64,000 bases of DNA from Dehalococcoidia bacterium. GTDB taxonomy: Bacteria > Chloroflexota > Dehalococcoidia > Lucifugimonadales > UBA3495. The stretch lies in the NCBI GenBank assembly GCA_965203855.1, contig CBDBDN010000005.1, positions 321,804 through 385,803 on the forward strand, read 5' to 3'. Position 1 is the stretch's first letter. Each line of letters opens with the position of its first letter. Made by a program: the position numbers and the translations under genes. Under the pieces are notes generated by a model. The model made no database searches, was not told the DNA's origin, and saw only the letters and a list, made by a program, of their open reading frames with translations. Below are positions 36,030 to 45,325 of the stretch, piece after piece.

Positions 36030-37298
36030 TTAGCCATTCCGCTGGCAGACTTCCGGGTCTTGTTCCAGCCATTCCAGCAGGGCCTCCGCCGCCCACTGGT
36101 GGCCTTGGGGAGTCCAGTGGGAGTCGTGATTCCAGACGCCGGCGGCGAGGTCTCCGCCTTGGCGGCGAATGTAGTCGTGCTGGCTGATAACCGGAATGCC
36201 ACGTGCGGTGGCCAATCTACTTAATAGATTAAACTGGGCGTGGCCGCGGCCGCCCATTTGGATTTCGGAGAGTATCACCAGCGCGGCGCCGTCCCGTTCT
36301 GCGCGGGCCTGGAATTCGCCAAGGGCCAGGTCGGTAAGCGTAACGGCTTGCTGGTATGGGGGAGGAGGATTTGCGGCGGCAAGCTGGTCGCGCAGCGCCC
36401 GGAGTTTGGACAGCGCGGCAGTTTCGGGCTGCCAGCCGTCAAGCACGCCCGCATCATCATAGCGCTGGCGGTAGAGTTCCAGGCGCCGGCGCCGCTCCAC
36501 TACAATATCCTGTAGGTACTCTTTGTGCCACAATCGGTACTTGGCGCCCAGCCACTGCGCGAACCAGGATACCCGGCCGGCTCGGTAAAGCGCCCGGGTA
36601 AGCAAGGGATTTGGCCTTGCCGGGCTTGCGTAAGCCAGAAAATCCGGATCAGGCAAATGCCATTGCAAGGTTCCGTCTGGGCCCAGCGCCGCGGCTAGAT
36701 ACTGGTGCCGGCCCGGTACTATCCCATTATAGACCAGGTCCAGTAAAGGGGAATTATTTTCCAGGTCGTTAACGACAAATACCAGAATTACCAACTCGGG
36801 GTTCAGCCGGCGCGCATAGCGGTCGTAAAGTGGCAGCTGTCCGAACTGGCCGCTGCCGTCGAGGCCATAGGCTGATGCGGTAATGTCCAGTTCCGGCAGC
36901 CGCTGCGCCGCCAGCTGCGTCATCCGGGTCTGAAACTTGTCGGCAACAGGCACTTGCCGGGCGCCTACGAAAGAATCGCCGATGATGCTGATATGGCAGC
37001 TTGACGCCGCCCGCTCTGCGCTGACGGGTTCCCGGTCCAGAAAACCTAGGCTGTTGGTGCGCTCCGTTACCCAGAAATCCAGATAGTTGGTCCAGTTCAC
37101 TGCTGTGTTGGGCGCGTACATATAGCCCACGCCGGGGACAAACACATTCGGATACGACCGTTCCATATGGGGCTTGGTCAGGCGGAGCCAGCCTTCGCCG
37201 GCAATTCCAATCAGCGCCAAGCCGACGACAATCAGCAGCGCATTCCAGCCAATCAGTTTGGCGACCCGATAAAGTCGGGGCGGTAAAATCAGGCGCAT
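36030..37298 (-). CDS. Membrane-anchored SGNH/GDSL-type hydrolase (paralogue 2)
   Basis: Same block structure (IIGDSF, YGLDGSG, VNDL, DSHWTPQGH). ATG at 37298 (MRLILPPRLYRV) matches the paralogue's start. Confidence 0.72.
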   Translation of the reverse strand: MRLILPPRLYRVAKLIGWNALLIVVGLALIGIAGEGWLRLTKPHMERSYPNVFVPGVGYMYAPNTAVNWTNYLDFWVTERTNSLGFLDREPVSAERAASSCHISIIGDSFVGARQVPVADKFQTRMTQLAAQRLPELDITASAYGLDGSGQFGQLPLYDRYARRLNPELVILVFVVNDLENNSPLLDLVYNGIVPGRHQYLAAALGPDGTLQWHLPDPDFLAYASPARPNPLLTRALYRAGRVSWFAQWLGAKYRLWHKEYLQDIVVERRRRLELYRQRYDDAGVLDGWQPETAALSKLRALRDQLAAANPPPPYQQAVTLTDLALGEFQARAERDGAALVILSEIQMGGRGHAQFNLLSRLATARGIPVISQHDYIRRQGGDLAAGVWNHDSHWTPQGHQWAAEALLEWLEQDPEVCQRNG

Positions 37299-37380
37299 AG
37301 ATTGGAGCCACAACGATAGCGGATGTGTTGGCGTTCAGCAGATGAAATCAGCGGGACAGGGCCTGCGATGTTGAGGTCCG

Positions 37381-40300
37381 CTACTGTACCATAAACTCCT
37401 TTTCCCACAGCCTATACTGCCCGGTGGCGATTTTATGGATGGGATAATCCGGCAGCAGCGCCGTGGCAATGCACTGCCGGCCCAGCCGCGTCCCGTTGTC
37501 CTCAAACGCAAAATCCCGGTTTTCAAATTCAACGCCGTTCTCACGGGCCTGTCGCGGCAAGTCGTCCCCGTCCACCGGATACACGTGCAACAAGAACCCC
37601 GCCTCGGTTGCGGACGCCGCGCACAAGATCTCAATGTAATACACCCGGCCCGCCTTGTGGTACACATCAAAATCGCCCCGCGCCGCCGGCTGCTCCATTG
37701 CCAAATACTCCAGCATTGCCGCGCCTAGCCATCCTTCCGACTCCCACAGCCGCGTCCGGCCATCCGAATCCACCTGCCCCGTGCGGACGCCAATCACCGT
37801 GTACCCCGGCAATGGCACGGCTGCCAGGCAGTTCCCGTCAAACTCCCCGCCGCCTTCCAGGTCAAACTCAAAGGCCAGGTTTTCATACCCGTGTGCGCGC
37901 CGCCCCTCGTCCAGGTCATTCACATCGGCCGGTATCAGATGCAGAAAGAATGTCGCCGCCGTATCCCCCGCCGCGCAACCCTCTCTGGCATAAATCAATT
38001 CCCCGCCGACTTGATATAGGTCAAAAAAGTCCTCCGCTATGGGTTCCAACCCGGCCAGCGTAGCATACTTGTCGCGCAGCGCCGGCACATCGGCCGCCGA
38101 CGCCGTTGACGCCGTAGCCGCCGGCTGTAGCAGCGTCGGCACATCCGGCGTCGCCGCCGTTCCAACGCCTTGCGCTGCGTCATCCCCCGGCAGCGTCGTC
38201 GCCGTCCAAAGCCGATCCTGGCCGGGGATATATTGCCCGGTGCGGATGCCCGCCAGCGGGTAGTCGGGCAAAGGCGCGCTGAACAGGCATTTCCCGTCAA
38301 TTCGCACGCTGCCCGTCCGCTCAAACCCGAAATCCCGGTTCTCGTATCCATACTCTTGCCGGCCGGCCGGCAAGTCATTCACATCATCAGGAAACAGATG
38401 CAGAAAGAAAGGCGCCGCCGTATCCGCATCAGCGCATTCCGCCCGCGCGTAAATCACCGCATTACCGCTGCGGTAAATGTCAAAAAAGCCTTCCGCTATC
38501 GGTGCCCCCGCCGTCAGCGACGCATACCGGGCCCGCTGGGCGTCAAAATAAGCGTCGGTGTAAATCTCCCCTTCCCACAGCCGGTCGTCGCCAGTAATGT
38601 ATTGCCCGGTTCGTATCACCCCCACCGCATAATCGGGCAGCGGAACGGACGCCAGGCATTTGCCGTCAAACCGCCCGCCCGCTTGGCTGAACACAAAATC
38701 CCGGTTCTGAAACCCCAATTCCCGCCGGCCGTCCGGCAAATCGGCGCTGTCCACCGGTATCAGATGCAGGAAAAAGGGCGCCGCAGTGTCGTCAATGGCG
38801 CAAGATTCCCGAATGTACACCACCGCATCATCCTGGACATACACCTCAAAATCAGTGCGGAGCGCCGGCGTCCCGGCAACTGCATAGTCATACTTGCTCC
38901 GGTACAGCGTCGCGTTCACTTGCCAATGCCTTAGCTCATCAGACTGCCCGGTGCTGATATTGCCGATACTGTAATCCGGCAGGGGCGCAAACGCCAGGCA
39001 CTGCTCGCCAAAAATCGCCCCCCGTTCCTCAAATCGGAAATCCCGGAATTCCAGCCCATCAGCGCGTATCCCGGCCGGCAGCCGGCTCCGGTCGTTAGGC
39101 GTGATATGCAGGTAAAACGGCGTTGCCGTATCCTCCGCAGCGCACGATTCCCGCAGATAAGACACCGTCCGCGCGCCCACATAAACATCAAACGCCCCGT
39201 CTCTGCCGTCAATCTCGGCCCCGGTCGCCACATCGTGGGCCACATACCGGCGATAAAAGTCGGCGTTGCCAACGCCCGCCGCGTCAAACCCGAAACCCAC
39301 GCCGTACCCCAGCAGCGCCGTCGGTTCCAGCCCCGGCGTCGTCAGCAGCCCGGCAGTCCCGTAATCTGTGCCGCCGCCATCCGTCGCTGCCGCGCATCCC
39401 CGGTCGCCCCGGCCCGGCAGCCAGGCAATAGATACGGGGCCGGCGGCGCTTTCTACCGCCAGCGCCGCCCGCAATTCCGACAAATCGCAGGGCAGACGGC
39501 GCAGCTCCCCCGGAGTTTCTTGCGGAGTTTCCTGCGGCCTGTTCTGATGAATATACGCCGCCGCCAGGTTGTTGGTGAACACGGCCCCGCCGTCCGCCGC
39601 CGCCCGCTCCAGGTAATCCGGCAACGGCGAATCGACCCACCCCGCCCCGGCGTATCCCAGCTCGGCATCGCTGCCCTGATTGGCCGCCGCTACCGCGCGC
39701 CCGTTGGACACCGCCAGCAATGCCAGCCAGATGCCCAGCGCCGCCGCCAGTACCGCCAGCGGCAGCGGCATCGCCCCATTGCCGGCCCGCCCCTGTTCCT
39801 GCCGCCGCGCCAGAAACAGATCGGCGGCCAGCAGCCCCAGGAACAGCAGCGGCAAATAGACCGGCGCCAGCTGCCGCGCCTGGAATCCGGCCCCGCCGGC
39901 ATCGCCGAGCGCCAGCGTCGTCAATAGCGCAATGAAATACAACAGCGCAAACCCGCCGAATACATAGCCGGGACGCGGCCCTTCCGCATCGTAATAGCCG
40001 CCCTCCGACCGGCCGCCATAGTCATAAGCGATTGCGAACACGCACAGCAGGATTGCCGCCAGCAGCCCCAGCGCGCCCAGCGCAATCACTGCCGCGCCTA
40101 ATCCCAGCTGCGCCAGGCTGATGCCCGGCAAGTCGGGAATAACCCAGCCGAACAGGGCCGCGGGTATGCCGGCCAGCGCATCGCGGAACGAACCGGATGC
40201 GACCCCGCCGCTGGTGTCCGTTTCGCCGCCGGACAGCAGTCTCCATAGCAGCCACAGCACCAGCGGAACTACCCCAATCAGCGCATAAATGCCGATGCGT

Positions 40301-40950
40301 TTCACTTTATCCAACGCCGCCGTCCCGCCCTGCAACGCCAGCAGTATTATCACCGTCGCCAGTACTGCCAGCCCCATATAGTTCGTCAGGCCGGCCAGCG
40401 CGGTGAACCCCGCCGCCCACAGCAAAGCGGAGATTTTGCCCCCGCTCAGGAACCGTTCCGTATGGATCAATGCCAAAGTCGCCCAGAGGACAAACGCCGT
40501 TTCCGGCAATGCCCACGCCGCCGCTCCCGCCAGCGGTATGGACAGCATTACCGCCAAGCATCCCGCCGCCGCCAGCAAGCCGGACTGCAAACGCGTCCGC
40601 AGGTAGATCCCGGCCGCCGCTATCGTTGCGGCGAATAGCACGGCATTGAGCGGGCCGGCAACGCTGTGCGGGTCCAACACTCCCCACAGACTTGCCGCCG
40701 CCAGCATCAGCGGATACAGCGGCGGGAACGACGCATAAGGCAAGCCGCTGTATCCCGTGAACCCGTTGCCGGCCAGCAGGCTGCGCGCCGCGGCGATATG
40801 CTCCACGGCATCCCATTCCAGCCCTATGCCGTAGCCCAAGCCGCGCGCCAGAACCAGCGCGCCGCCCACCACGGCAGCAACGGCCAGCAGCGCGGCGTAC
40901 CAGTCCAACCGGAATCCGCCGCCGCCCTCATATTCCACCCGATTTACCAT
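37381..40950 (-). CDS. Giant GT-C/ArnT-PMT-like polytopic membrane protein with five C-terminal copies of the shared module
   Basis: The N-terminal ~560 aa is multi-TM, with AAARSLLAGNGFTGYSGLPYASFPPLYPLMLA. The C-terminal ~600 aa is five ~115-aa repeats with the pattern FD.Y...Y..E.C...DT...FFLH..P.D..DLP..R..G..NRDF.F.....G.C.....LPDY.....RTGQY....RLWE.E. Confidence 0.75.
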   Translation of the reverse strand: MVNRVEYEGGGGFRLDWYAALLAVAAVVGGALVLARGLGYGIGLEWDAVEHIAAARSLLAGNGFTGYSGLPYASFPPLYPLMLAAASLWGVLDPHSVAGPLNAVLFAATIAAAGIYLRTRLQSGLLAAAGCLAVMLSIPLAGAAAWALPETAFVLWATLALIHTERFLSGGKISALLWAAGFTALAGLTNYMGLAVLATVIILLALQGGTAALDKVKRIGIYALIGVVPLVLWLLWRLLSGGETDTSGGVASGSFRDALAGIPAALFGWVIPDLPGISLAQLGLGAAVIALGALGLLAAILLCVFAIAYDYGGRSEGGYYDAEGPRPGYVFGGFALLYFIALLTTLALGDAGGAGFQARQLAPVYLPLLFLGLLAADLFLARRQEQGRAGNGAMPLPLAVLAAALGIWLALLAVSNGRAVAAANQGSDAELGYAGAGWVDSPLPDYLERAAADGGAVFTNNLAAAYIHQNRPQETPQETPGELRRLPCDLSELRAALAVESAAGPVSIAWLPGRGDRGCAAATDGGGTDYGTAGLLTTPGLEPTALLGYGVGFGFDAAGVGNADFYRRYVAHDVATGAEIDGRDGAFDVYVGARTVSYLRESCAAEDTATPFYLHITPNDRSRLPAGIRADGLEFRDFRFEERGAIFGEQCLAFAPLPDYSIGNISTGQSDELRHWQVNATLYRSKYDYAVAGTPALRTDFEVYVQDDAVVYIRESCAIDDTAAPFFLHLIPVDSADLPDGRRELGFQNRDFVFSQAGGRFDGKCLASVPLPDYAVGVIRTGQYITGDDRLWEGEIYTDAYFDAQRARYASLTAGAPIAEGFFDIYRSGNAVIYARAECADADTAAPFFLHLFPDDVNDLPAGRQEYGYENRDFGFERTGSVRIDGKCLFSAPLPDYPLAGIRTGQYIPGQDRLWTATTLPGDDAAQGVGTAATPDVPTLLQPAATASTASAADVPALRDKYATLAGLEPIAEDFFDLYQVGGELIYAREGCAAGDTAATFFLHLIPADVNDLDEGRRAHGYENLAFEFDLEGGGEFDGNCLAAVPLPGYTVIGVRTGQVDSDGRTRLWESEGWLGAAMLEYLAMEQPAARGDFDVYHKAGRVYYIEILCAASATEAGFLLHVYPVDGDDLPRQARENGVEFENRDFAFEDNGTRLGRQCIATALLPDYPIHKIATGQYRLWEKEFMVQ

Positions 40951-41059
40951 AACCAGCGAACTATACCAGATGACGGCATCCGATTCCAGTTGCCGCCCAG
41001 GCCGGGTATTCTTAACGTTCCGGGATAATGGATTTTGCCCCCATCCGCCGGCGGACTAG

Positions 41060-41405
41060 CGTTACGGAATAGACCAGCACCTCGATGCTCTTTGCTGTAC
41101 CCTTTCGTCCGTGGCACCAATCGGTTCAACTTGCCGCCCGGAACGAATGCCGCCCTTTCGTTCCGGTTCACCGTACCCTCTTTTCCGACCCGATGACGCC
41201 CCGGCGGCAGCCACGTACAATACACCGCGTAAGCATCGCTGCGGTACAAATCCGCCGCTACTGCCGTCCACACCCGGCGATAACGCCGTTTGACCGGCCG
41301 CCTACACCGTTGCCGAGCAACTTGCAACGCCTGCTCGTATTGACGGGATTTTTTTAACCCGTGAAACCTACCGTGCCGGCTTTGATTGGCAACGACCGCC
41401 CAATG
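41060..41405 (-). mobile_element. Degenerate IS1-family transposase (InsB-like DDE region) remnant
   Basis: YRSDAYAVYCTWLPPGRHRVGKEGTVNRNER...LNRLVPRTKGYSK resembles Y.TD.W.AY...LP...H.VGK..G.TN.IER.N..LR....RLVRKT..FSK. No intact N-terminus or terminal inverted repeats were recognised. Confidence 0.45.
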
Positions 41406-41699
41406 TCGGCGACGCTCAGGCCCTCGGTGTACATCCGCACTGCCTGACTGCCTGGACTTTAGTGGTTGCGGGGTAGTAATGACGATTGCCGTCGGGGAAT
41501 AAAGCGGTAAGGACACTGCTAGCAGCGATAGGTGTGCTTGCCGCGGGAAGCGCCGTGTTTCAGAGTGCGGTTAGAGCCGCAACACGGGTCAGGCTGGTCA
41601 TTTGCGATAGACGGGCCGGGTCGTAGCAGCGGCCTCCGGCAGCGTTGCCATCTGCTACAATTTAGCGCCCCGACGCGTGTTGGATACCGCATATCTGAA

Positions 41700-42329
41700 A
41701 TGCTGATGAACCGGATTATCATTGCAACCGGAACCGCTGTCGTTGCCGTACTGCGCGTAATCGGCGGCGCTCTGTATCAACCGGACGACGGGGAACGGGT
41801 ATCAACCTGGAGCGTCCGCAAGCGGGATGCGCGCACTTTCTATCTGCTGCTGGCAGCGTTATGGATTGGCGCGGCGGGCGGCTTGGCGTGGGCGCAGTAT
41901 GACCCGGCGCCGCCCCGTGTGGTAGAATGGGCTACATTGCCGCCCCATACTGGCGATGGCAGCGTGTTCGTGGTAGGGCAAAGGTTTGGCGTCGTGGTCA
42001 TTCCGCTGCTGGCGGCGGCGCTGCTGCTAACTCCGGTCATGGCCGGCATCGGGAGAGTTCTGATGACAATTGTCAGTTTCATCAACGAAAAAATCTTGGA
42101 CCCGTTTATTGAGTCCCAAGCCATTGCGCCGCGTATGGCAGTGCGCGAGGAACAGATGCAAGCCCGCGAAGCCAGGCTGCAAACCCGCGAGGAACAGATG
42201 CAAAAGGAGTTGCAAACCCGCGAGGAGCAGATGGAAACCCGCGAGCAGGAATTGCAAGCCCGCGAAGCAAGGTTGCAAACCCGCGAGCAAGAATTGCAAG
42301 CCCGCGAAGCTGAGTCTCAGGTCCGTTAG
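41700..42329 (+). CDS. Membrane protein with a C-terminal REEQMQ/REQELQAREARLQT repeat coiled coil
   Basis: ATG at 41700. Three or four TM helices, then the tail SFINEKILDPFIE followed by heptad-like E/Q/R repeats. Confidence 0.5.
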   Translation: MLMNRIIIATGTAVVAVLRVIGGALYQPDDGERVSTWSVRKRDARTFYLLLAALWIGAAGGLAWAQYDPAPPRVVEWATLPPHTGDGSVFVVGQRFGVVVIPLLAAALLLTPVMAGIGRVLMTIVSFINEKILDPFIESQAIAPRMAVREEQMQAREARLQTREEQMQKELQTREEQMETREQELQAREARLQTREQELQAREAESQVR

Positions 42330-42422
42330 TCCGACTGGTCGCCCGGAGGGACGCCGCTATGGCGCAGGGTCTGGAGTTTAACGAACCACGCCCCGACGCA
42401 ACTGGCGGCTAAACGGCAGCCC

Positions 42423-42450
42423 CCATCCATTCTTTCGGAAAAATGGATGG
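42423..42450. terminator. Stem-loop between convergent genes
   Basis: CCATCCATT-N10-AATGGATGG. No clear U-tract. Confidence 0.3.
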
Positions 42451-42491
42451 AGGCCGTCGCTTTAAGCTATCGCCGGGCGCATCAAGCCCGT

Positions 42492-42821
42492 TCAGTCCAC
42501 CGGCGGCCGCTTTTCCCACTGCTCCGGGGCCGGATATACCGGCGTGGCGATTTTGCGGATGTTCTCGGTGGCGAACCAGTCAGCGCACTCCTGCCGCCAT
42601 TTGACGAAATGGGGCGCGTTGCGGTGTGCGTCCAGCGCCGCATCGTCCTCATAAACCTCAAACAGATGCAGCTTGTTCTCGTCCTCGTTGTCTTGCAGGA
42701 CATCAAAGCGCAGGCAGCCCGGCTCGTCGTTGTTGGAGCCGCGGGCGTCTCCCAGCATCGAGGCCATAAACTGGTCCTTGAAACCGGGCTTGATATTGAT
42801 TTCGACAATCAGGGCAATCAT
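42492..42821 (-). CDS. Antibiotic-biosynthesis-monooxygenase (ABM) domain protein
   Basis: 109 aa. MIALIVEINIKPG...CLRFDVLQD...LHLFEVYEDDAALDAHRNAPHF is the typical ABM ferredoxin-like pattern. Confidence 0.75.
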   Translation of the reverse strand: MIALIVEINIKPGFKDQFMASMLGDARGSNNDEPGCLRFDVLQDNEDENKLHLFEVYEDDAALDAHRNAPHFVKWRQECADWFATENIRKIATPVYPAPEQWEKRPPVD

Positions 42822-42995
42822 TGTTCGTCTCCTTGCCGATGCGGGATTCCTGCGGCAGCGGTTCCCAATCAGTTCCCCAATCGGTTCTGTACAGCAAAAC
42901 GCCGCCGCTACCCGCCGGATTATAGCATCAGCAGCCGCAAAGTTGTAGAATGCCGAACCTAACCCGCCATCGGCTGAACGGAACGGGAGGCGATT

Positions 42996-43211
42996 ATGGC
43001 AGACATTCCCATTGTCTATACGCTTACGGTTTGCCCGGCGTGCGATTCGCTGCGCGCCGCTTGGCGCCGGGAGGGCGTGGAGTATGAGGAGCGCCGCGTT
43101 GACCAGAGCCAGGATACGCTGGACGAAGCCCTGGACTATGGCGATGCCGTCCCCATCATCGTCTGGCCCGACGGCAAAGTGGAGACGGGCTTTCGCGGCC
43201 AGCGGGGTTGA
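42996..43211 (+). CDS. Glutaredoxin-like small redox protein
   Basis: 71 aa. CPAC active-site motif near the N-terminus, VP...G later. GGAGG before the ATG. Confidence 0.7.
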   Translation: MADIPIVYTLTVCPACDSLRAAWRREGVEYEERRVDQSQDTLDEALDYGDAVPIIVWPDGKVETGFRGQRG

Positions 43212-43328
43212 GAAATCGGATAACGGGCCGTCGGCTCGTATCCCATACCCCCTATTCCCAATCACCGACAATTGCCGACTGGCAGCGGCAATCACCAGAG
43301 CAATCAGGTAACCCCAGGAGGTGCAATT

Positions 43329-43916
43329 ATGGCGCAGCAGACCGGCAGCGTGGTAACCCCGGAGCGCTTTGCTCAGGGAATGACCTATGACGAATACATG
43401 GACAGCGTCAAGGTGAACAAGGCCCGCATTGAGGAATACTACGCCAATGTGGACCTGGAGTCGGCGCAGGCGGCGGCGCTGCGGGAACTGGCCGACGCCG
43501 ACGGCGGCCCGGCCCGGATGATGGTTATCGGCGAGGACTGGTGCGGCGATGTAGTGCGCGAGCTGCCCGTGCTGGCGCGCGTCGCCGAGGCCGCCGGCTT
43601 GGAACTCCGCATCTTTCCGCGCGACGCCAACCACGACATAATGAACGAGTTCCTCAAAGAGGGCCAGTATATGTCCATTCCGGTGGCCGTCTTTTACGAC
43701 CGGGGCCACGAGTACATTTGCCACTGGATTGAGCGCTCTCAAACGGCGAACCGGGAGCAGGGCGAAATTGAGGCCGGTATCCGCGCCGAGACGCCCGACA
43801 TCAGCGACCAAGATTTTGGGCGTCAACGCCGCGCCCGCACCGCCGCCCGCGCCGGCGACTGGCAGAAAGCCACGGTTGCGGAACTGGTAGCCCTGCTGCA
43901 AGAAAACGCCCACTAA
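43329..43916 (+). CDS. Thioredoxin-fold family protein
   Basis: AGGAGG before the ATG. VIGEDWCGDVVRELPVL (WCxD-type site) and SIPVAVFYD. Confidence 0.6.
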   Translation: MAQQTGSVVTPERFAQGMTYDEYMDSVKVNKARIEEYYANVDLESAQAAALRELADADGGPARMMVIGEDWCGDVVRELPVLARVAEAAGLELRIFPRDANHDIMNEFLKEGQYMSIPVAVFYDRGHEYICHWIERSQTANREQGEIEAGIRAETPDISDQDFGRQRRARTAARAGDWQKATVAELVALLQENAH

Positions 43917-43998
43917 TAGACGCGGTCCACTATCACAGTGATAGCGGGCCGCAAACTTCAATCCTTGCTCCCTAATCCCTGCTCCCTTTGTGCGAGGG

Positions 43999-44250
43999 TC
44001 AGGGCGCCGGTTCCAGCGTGAACCGGAACTCCTCAATCACCGGGTTGCTGAGCAGCTGCGCGCACATCCCGCCTACCTGCGCCTCCGCTTGCGCCCGGTC
44101 AGCGCCGTCCAGCCGCACTTCCAGATACTTGCCGATGCGGACATCGGCGACGGCAGCGTAGCCCAGGCTGTGCAGGCCGCCCATCACCGTTTGCCCCTGC
44201 GGGTCGTTGACGCCGGCCTTAAGGGTTACATAAATGCGCGCAATAAACAT
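43999..44250 (-). CDS. purS: Phosphoribosylformylglycinamidine synthase subunit PurS
   Basis: 83 aa. The N-terminal segment VTLKAGVNDPQGQTV is typical of PurS. Confidence 0.9.
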   Translation of the reverse strand: MFIARIYVTLKAGVNDPQGQTVMGGLHSLGYAAVADVRIGKYLEVRLDGADRAQAEAQVGGMCAQLLSNPVIEEFRFTLEPAP

Positions 44251-44353
44251 CGGATGCTTTCCTTTCAGTCATTAACTCTCTTGGTAGGGCCGGGATGGAG
44301 CCGGCGCTGGCATTAGCACTTACGATGGCCGTACCGTACCGCCCCGTCGCCGT

Positions 44354-45175
44354 TCACCCACCGGACGACTGTATCAGGTCAATCCCGGTAGTGCAGGGCA
44401 GCCCGTTGGCGAATTCCGGCCCGGCGTTGCCCGGATACGCCGCAAAAAAGCGCGCGATGCGTTCCCCGTCCACTCCCAGCATCCGGTCCAGCGCGCCCCA
44501 GACGGACAGGGCTACCATACCCTCCGGGATGGCCGGATAGCGGCGCACGATGGCGAACTCCTCGGCCAGCGGGATGGCGGCCACGGCGTCCCGCAGCGCG
44601 CTGATGTCGGCTGCGCTGTCCAAGTTATAGCTGACGATGATGTTGCCGTGTTCCAGGTTGTGCACCAGCAGTTCATCCGGCAGCGGATGGTTGTAAAACC
44701 CGCACTTGCTCCACGCCCCCCAATGCGGCCCGGAAGTAGGCGGGACGGTGCTGTAGCCGTCAGGAATTACATCCGCAATGCGGTAGGTACTCGGAAAATG
44801 ATCCCGGTTCGGCATTACTGCTGTCGGCACGATTCCGTCGGTCGGCGGCACATCGGTTAGCGACGGGCCGGATGGTGTAGGCGCCGGCTGCGGTGTACTT
44901 GTCGGCATCGGCGGCGCCCTGGTTCGGGTTGTTGCCGCCGTTGGAGTGGGCGGCGCTGTCGCCGTTAGTATCGCCGGCCGGGTTGGCGGCAGAGCGGTTG
45001 CGGCCGGTTCAACGCCGGTTGCAGTCGGCATCGGTGCGACCGCAGCCGTCGCGGCCGCCGTTGGGGAGGGCAGTTGCGCCGCCGGCGCCGGCCCGGTCTG
45101 GCAAGCCGACGCCGCAGCCAAGACAAACCCGCCGGCAAGCGCAAAGGCTAGAACCGCAAGCGTTTTCATCAGCAT
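44354..45175 (-). CDS. DUF3105-domain lipoprotein with a Pro/Thr/Ala-rich linker
   Basis: Signal/lipobox LAAASAC, a PT-rich linker, then PPTSGPHWG...HNLEHGNIIVSYN... Confidence 0.7.
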   Translation of the reverse strand: MLMKTLAVLAFALAGGFVLAAASACQTGPAPAAQLPSPTAAATAAVAPMPTATGVEPAATALPPTRPAILTATAPPTPTAATTRTRAPPMPTSTPQPAPTPSGPSLTDVPPTDGIVPTAVMPNRDHFPSTYRIADVIPDGYSTVPPTSGPHWGAWSKCGFYNHPLPDELLVHNLEHGNIIVSYNLDSAADISALRDAVAAIPLAEEFAIVRRYPAIPEGMVALSVWGALDRMLGVDGERIARFFAAYPGNAGPEFANGLPCTTGIDLIQSSGG

Positions 45176-45325
45176 AGCCGGAAAATCCTTAAGCGGACAT
45201 CGCGGCCCGGCTGCTGTACCATTCCAAGCTCTGGGGCGATTCATACTGCGAAATCGCCGGCCTTTCCCGGCAGTCAAGCCAGCCACAAAGCCAATTTGTT
45301 TCCCAATAAGACGAATGGCAGAGCG

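Noticed and set aside
42492-44036. 514-aa minus-strand ORF
   Set aside because: Only its last 109 codons (42492..42821) form a recognisable ABM-domain protein with its own ATG. The remainder is antisense to the glutaredoxin-like and thioredoxin-like genes.
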